Part shown: piece by piece, positions 59,795 through 64,000 of the stretch | Layout: each line of letters starts with the position of its first letter | Position numbering within the stretch: the first letter of the stretch is position 1 | DNA from: an uncultured Pseudomonadota bacterium | GTDB taxonomy: Bacteria; Desulfobacterota; Desulfobulbia; Desulfobulbales; Desulfocapsaceae | Direction: 5' to 3' | NCBI GenBank assembly: GCA_963776835.1 | Contig: CAVZOB010000011.1 | Location: forward strand, 46,651 to 110,650 | DNA length: 64,000 bases | The notes under the pieces: model-generated | What the model was told of the DNA's origin: nothing | The model's input: only the letters and a program-made list of their open reading frames with translations | The model's database searches: none | Program-made: the position numbers and the translations under genes

Positions 59795-61396
59795 TTACTC
59801 CCTGAAATCCTGCAGGAACTCCTGCAAAAAAGTCTCCATCCCTGGATGGGGCGGTGGTTGGGCAGGAGTCAGGCCCGGGGTGTAACCCCTCTTGCGGAAC
59901 GGGTCCAGCAAACGGGGATTCCGACTGATGATGTGCACCGGCACGGACCAGGGTTCGCCCGGGCCGGTGAGCTGCAGATTGGGTTGGTGATCCCCCATGA
60001 TAATGATCAGGGTGTCGGCGCTGACATATTTAGCAAAGTAGTCACCAAGCATCGTAAATTCGTAGTCCAGGGAGCGGAGGTAGGCGTCTCCCGCGTTTTT
60101 GAGTTCGGGCCAGGTAATGGGGTATGAGACCGGCTGCCGATCCTTATAGGTACTGCCGTCACCGATTACGTCCCAGTCGGGAATGAAAGGGGGCTGGCTA
60201 TTGAAGGCGGCGTGGCTGCTAACCAGGACGTAGCGGATAAAGAGCGGCCGGCTACGCTTGACGAATTCACGGCGACGCACCCGGTCAAGCACGTATTGGT
60301 CCGGCATGGGCGCCCAGCCGAAAGTCGGACCGTGATAGTTGAAATCCCGGGCGTAATAGACCTGTTCGTAGTCGAAATAGGCCCCTTCCGGAAAGGCAAA
60401 GCGGGTACCCGGCATTACCGAGACGGTGCGGTAGCCGTTCCTGCGAAAGTAAGAGGCCATTGGCGGCAGGGAGGAGCGCAGCAAGGCCGCGTTTTCGAGC
60501 TCATTTTCTACCCGCAGCCCGGATTCCAAGGTGCCATGGGCCAGCCAGGACGAGCCGCCGTAGGTCGGCGACGCCAGAGAAGAGGAGACTGCCTTGAAGC
60601 CATGCTCATCGAGGACCCTGGCAAAGTTGGTCACGGTGGCAGCCATTTTCTGTCGGTATTGGGGCCGACTGAAGACGATGCAGCCATAGGACTCGACCAT
60701 GAACAGCAGGACATCGGCGCCCTGCAAACCTTTGAGGGAGACAGAACCTGCGCCCCTCTCCCTGGCCGTTTGTGCCAATCGGGCCATAAAGACCTGCCGT
60801 TGTTCGGCCCGATTGCCGATGAAGAGGATCTCCTGTCCGAGGCGAACCAGGGCCGGCGGTCTGACCGCAACCCCTCCCCAGATCATGGATGCGCTGAGGA
60901 TAAGAGCGGAGCAACCCAGGAAAAAGTAACGGATCCGGTCGACCGCAAAGGCCTTGGCCGCTCTCTGCCAGGCGTACCAACTCGAGGCCATAACCCCCAG
61001 CATTGCTATTATTATACTCAGCGCCAGCAGCAGGAATTCCCGCTGACGGGAAGATGTCTTGAGCAGGTCATAGAGTCCGAAGAGATAACCGGAATCGGTG
61101 TAGAGGTTGAAGGGCCGGTCGAGGTACATGGGCACGACGGTATCGCCGATCCGGATCAGACGCAGGGCCAGAAAGAGAACATATATCGCCAGGCTGGTCC
61201 AGAACAGAGGCCGTTTCCCGCAGCCTGCCGCCATGGCCAGAGGAATGAGCAGCAGCCAGACATCGGCGGACGCCGACAGGAGTTGCCAGGTGAAAACCTT
61301 GTCGGCCGGATAGTTGAAGTTGAGAAGAATGCTGAGGAAGAGGAAGGCGGCCGCGAGGCCCAGCAGCGGCGACCAAAGGGGCTTAGCGGTTGTCAT
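59795..61396 (-). CDS. Membrane-anchored sulfatase/alkaline-phosphatase-superfamily protein (LTA-synthase/phosphoglycerol-transferase-like)
   Basis: About 5 N-terminal TM helices, then a soluble domain with VLLFMVESYG and GGSSWLAHGTLESG. The ATG overlaps the upstream stop (ATGA-type, 61393-61396). Confidence 0.65.
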   Translation of the reverse strand: MTTAKPLWSPLLGLAAAFLFLSILLNFNYPADKVFTWQLLSASADVWLLLIPLAMAAGCGKRPLFWTSLAIYVLFLALRLIRIGDTVVPMYLDRPFNLYTDSGYLFGLYDLLKTSSRQREFLLLALSIIIAMLGVMASSWYAWQRAAKAFAVDRIRYFFLGCSALILSASMIWGGVAVRPPALVRLGQEILFIGNRAEQRQVFMARLAQTARERGAGSVSLKGLQGADVLLFMVESYGCIVFSRPQYRQKMAATVTNFARVLDEHGFKAVSSSLASPTYGGSSWLAHGTLESGLRVENELENAALLRSSLPPMASYFRRNGYRTVSVMPGTRFAFPEGAYFDYEQVYYARDFNYHGPTFGWAPMPDQYVLDRVRRREFVKRSRPLFIRYVLVSSHAAFNSQPPFIPDWDVIGDGSTYKDRQPVSYPITWPELKNAGDAYLRSLDYEFTMLGDYFAKYVSADTLIIIMGDHQPNLQLTGPGEPWSVPVHIISRNPRLLDPFRKRGYTPGLTPAQPPPHPGMETFLQEFLQDFRE

Positions 61397-62355
61397 GGCA
61401 GGGCCTGACGACGGGCCAGAAAATCAAGGTGGCGGGCCTGGAAAGACAGTTCGCCGGATTCAACCTGCAGGTGTCGTAAGCGGGCCCAGGCGGCAAGGCT
61501 GGACGGTGGGCTGTTTTTTTTCGCCAGCTCCCGTTGCACCGTATCAATAATGGTATGCAGGAAAAAGGTCTCATCCCTGTGGTAGCCGGCTCCCTGGGGA
61601 TGGATGATCCAATCTGAATTGCCGGCGGCCAGGAGCTCCAGGCCAGGATTTTGTAAAAAGGTCTGCAGTCTCCGGCCCGTGCGGCTTGCCCCGGGCAGAC
61701 GCACCTCCATGGAGGCGTGGTAGAGCCTGATAATCTCCTCTTCCCCTTCACATGCCGGCAGAAAGACGGTTTCGCCGTCGAAGTTACAGGTGAGGTAGGC
61801 AAGCCCGTCATTTTTGAGTCGCAACATGAGCTGCGGCAGGATGACAGGGAAATCGACCAGATCAAGCACGGCATGGGCGATCAGGAGATGGAACGGGCCC
61901 GGCGAATCTGATCTCTCCGCCAGCTCTTCGGCACGAGCATGTCCAAGGATCAGCGCCACATCGGCCTTTGCGGTGCTCAGCCGGCCGCTGTCTGTTCCGG
62001 ACCAGGACAGGGTATAGCCCCGCTTTTCCGCCCACCGGGCAAGGTATTCCCGCGCCGCCCTGAGCTGGGCCGGGTCGCTGTCGGTGGCCAGGTAGGTGGC
62101 GGGTCCGGTCAGCAATTCCCGGTCTACGAGCCGCGCAAACATGGTGCCGATGCCGGCCCCGATCTCGAGAATATTCACGGGTTCAGCGGCTGCGGTCTGC
62201 GCCAGGGTCCGGCGCAGTGTCTCCCAGACATGGTGATTGAGGGCACGGTCGTCAACGCCTTTCTTGGCGGCAAGATAGCGGGGATCAAAGCCGGTCCCGG
62301 TTGCATCCGGTGCTGGCTGAGGGATTTGCCTGTTACTGTGATTATCCTGTGGCAT
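61393..62355 (-). CDS. Class I SAM-dependent methyltransferase
   Basis: Motif I is ILEIGAGIGTM. 320 aa. It overlaps both neighbouring genes. Confidence 0.75.
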   Translation of the reverse strand: MPQDNHSNRQIPQPAPDATGTGFDPRYLAAKKGVDDRALNHHVWETLRRTLAQTAAAEPVNILEIGAGIGTMFARLVDRELLTGPATYLATDSDPAQLRAAREYLARWAEKRGYTLSWSGTDSGRLSTAKADVALILGHARAEELAERSDSPGPFHLLIAHAVLDLVDFPVILPQLMLRLKNDGLAYLTCNFDGETVFLPACEGEEEIIRLYHASMEVRLPGASRTGRRLQTFLQNPGLELLAAGNSDWIIHPQGAGYHRDETFFLHTIIDTVQRELAKKNSPPSSLAAWARLRHLQVESGELSFQARHLDFLARRQALP

Positions 62356-63499
62356 CGGAATCCGTTTTCCTCGAGCTCTCCAGATTCTGGGATGGACCAG
62401 TCCGTTTTGTCCTGCGTCGCAATCCCTTCATCTCCCGTAGGAAGCCATCAATGGCTGCCACGCCGTCCTGCCAGCTCGGGCACCTTGCATAGGTCTCCCG
62501 GGCGGCAAGGGCCAATTTCAGCAACCCCTCGCGATCGCGGTGGAGAGACACAAGCAGCGGCTCTAGTCCCGCAAGGTCTCCAGAGTCCAGCAGGAAGCCG
62601 TTTATCCCGTGATTGATGGTCTCGCCTGCCGCACCATTCAGGCAGCCGATGGCCGGCAGACCAAAAGCCATGGCCTCCAGGATGGCAATACCGAATCCCT
62701 CATAGGCGTAGGGCATGCAGAAAAGATGGCTGGCATTCAGGATCTCGACCAGTTCGTCATCCTGGGCAGAGCCCATGAACCGGACCGAATCAGAGAGGTC
62801 AAGTTGGCGGATCAGTTGTTGCACCCCGGCAACATGGGCGGGGTCGAAATCGAGGCCTCCCACTACGGTGAGGCGCCAGGCGTTGCGGTCAACCCCGGCC
62901 AGGGCCTTGATTAATGGCGACAGACCCTTTCTGGGAATCACATTGCCCAGAAAGAGCAATTCCAGCGGTCCGGAGCGGTGGGCCCGTTTGCCAATGACTT
63001 CAGGAGAAAGAAGGACTCCCAAACGGTCACCGGCCGGATAGGCGATAACCTGGGGTTGATCGTGGTCCACCAGGGCCGCCACCGTCCGTTTGGTGGTTTG
63101 CGAATTGTGGATAAAGCCATCCACCGAGGCCAGGTAGCATCGTTCGATTACTCCCAAAAGCATATTGAGCCGGCGATGGTGTGGTTCATTGCAGAGGGTA
63201 TGGTGGACGAGGGCCACTGTGATCGGACCGGCCTGTCGACGAAGCTGTCTGTTCACCAGAAAGAGCGACGGATGACAGAGCTCATCCTCAATGAGGATAT
63301 CGAAGCCGCCGGCCAGCAGCCGTCGGCAGAATTTCAGGGAGAGGCCCTGTCCCAGCCGTCGGAGATACGAGCCGGAGGGTAAACTGATCACTTCGATCTG
63401 GTGGCCAAGCTGGGTCAGCCCTTGGGCCACAATCCGGTCATAGAGGTAACCGCCGGTGAGGGTGTCCAGGCTGCCGTAGATGATGAAGCCAATGCGCAT
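62342..63499 (-). CDS. GT4-family (GT-B) glycosyltransferase
   Basis: Starts MRIGFIIYGSLDTLTGG at 63499, sharing 1 nt with the upstream stop. The C-terminus has EGFGIAILEAMAFGLPAI. Confidence 0.85.
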   Translation of the reverse strand: MRIGFIIYGSLDTLTGGYLYDRIVAQGLTQLGHQIEVISLPSGSYLRRLGQGLSLKFCRRLLAGGFDILIEDELCHPSLFLVNRQLRRQAGPITVALVHHTLCNEPHHRRLNMLLGVIERCYLASVDGFIHNSQTTKRTVAALVDHDQPQVIAYPAGDRLGVLLSPEVIGKRAHRSGPLELLFLGNVIPRKGLSPLIKALAGVDRNAWRLTVVGGLDFDPAHVAGVQQLIRQLDLSDSVRFMGSAQDDELVEILNASHLFCMPYAYEGFGIAILEAMAFGLPAIGCLNGAAGETINHGINGFLLDSGDLAGLEPLLVSLHRDREGLLKLALAARETYARCPSWQDGVAAIDGFLREMKGLRRRTKRTGPSQNLESSRKTDSDATG

Positions 63500-63876
63500 C
63501 AGAGGCTGGCGTGGAAGGAGGTCCAGGCGATGTCGTCCTCCCGGATCTTGACGGTCAGGGCCTCCAGGTGAAAAGAGCCAAGCCGCTTCCTGAAAATAGC
63601 ATGGATAACGGTGGCCAGTTGTTCGATGCTGGGATTGATGCCTGCGAAGGCGGCAAGCGCGTTTAAAGTCTTGTCCTGGAATAGGGCCGCGACCTCGTCC
63701 AGATGACGCTCCACCTCGACAATATCCACCAGAAAACCGTGATCGTCCAGGTCCTTTTTCTCCAGGACCAGTTCCAGCCGGTAGCGATGGCAATGCTCGA
63801 TATTCTCGTCTCCCCAGTCGCCGCCGATCAGGTAATGCCGGGCGCTGAATTCGCGCCGTACTCCGAGACTGTACAT
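63499..63876 (-). CDS. 6-pyruvoyl-tetrahydropterin synthase / QueD-family protein
   Basis: 125 aa with a CAGGAGGA RBS. FSARHYL...HCHRYRLELV...GFLVDIVEVE fits the PTPS/QueD fold pattern (His triad candidates). Confidence 0.7.
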   Translation of the reverse strand: MYSLGVRREFSARHYLIGGDWGDENIEHCHRYRLELVLEKKDLDDHGFLVDIVEVERHLDEVAALFQDKTLNALAAFAGINPSIEQLATVIHAIFRKRLGSFHLEALTVKIREDDIAWTSFHASL

Positions 63877-63898
63877 GATTTTTCCTCCTGGCTTGATC

Positions 63899-64000
63899 TT
63901 ACATCTCCCCTGCGGGACTGTGGTCGAAGATGACCTGAATCGTCTCCCCCGGGCTGCGGTCGATGAGTGCATAGGCCAGGGACGCATCAGCCAGGGCAAA
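63899..64000 (-). CDS. 3' end of an upstream gene (C-terminus ...FALADASLAYALIDRSPGETIQVIFDHSPAGEM), possibly a zinc-dependent dehydrogenase
   Basis: Open frame from the window edge to the TAA at 63899-63901. Only 33 codons are visible, so the family guess is weak. Confidence 0.35.
   Translation of the reverse strand, partial: FALADASLAYALIDRSPGETIQVIFDHSPAGEM

Overview
This is a 64-kb, moderately GC-rich chromosomal window. Its gene content looks deltaproteobacterial/Desulfobacterota-like: Sec-containing SelD, fused CobA/HemD, TreT, and an apgM-type enzyme next to hom. That taxonomic call is inference only.

Backbone genes are housekeeping and central metabolism:
- fsr, a dnaQ-like exonuclease, trehalose genes treY-treZ-treT, a thioesterase, apgM-like/hom, adk, gmhA and cobA-hemD.
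- An SF2 helicase, an FKBP PPIase, a multicopper oxidase, typA, NUDIX, HAD, panE, an SGNH hydrolase and glgX.
- A selD-centred selenium cluster, usp, a cysK::cysS-like fusion, DUF721, an AMIN-amidase, mutS, a metallophosphoesterase and hup.
- A PTPS-glycosyltransferase-methyltransferase-sulfatase-like operon.

Accessory DNA is an AT-richer island of about 9 kb (2.2-11.0 kb) that ends 286 nt from tRNA-fMet. It holds two IS110-family elements (one decayed) and a 2.3-kb unit with two overlapping tyrosine recombinases. A diverged second copy of that unit lies inverted at 46.1-48.4 kb. I saw no rRNA and no CRISPR array.

At least ten conserved genes are interrupted by frameshifts, some at G6/C6 runs. 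Sequencing error versus real decay must be resolved before trusting the pseudogene labels.

Most interesting observations:
1. Two probable unannotated selenoproteins (in-frame TGA plus SECIS-like hairpins) flank Sec-selD in an arsR-selD-tauE cluster.
2. The two-recombinase mobile unit has TATACGTAA terminal inverted repeats and a hairpin with a conserved 29-nt loop and a covarying stem.
3. A cysteine synthase is fused to a CysRS-like domain that keeps the Zn/Cys pocket residues but has lost HIGH and KMSKS.
4. Three-hairpin mosaic repeats with compensatory substitutions flank a NUDIX gene.
5. A closed multi-helix GC-rich RNA-like element sits next to an IS110 recombinase.
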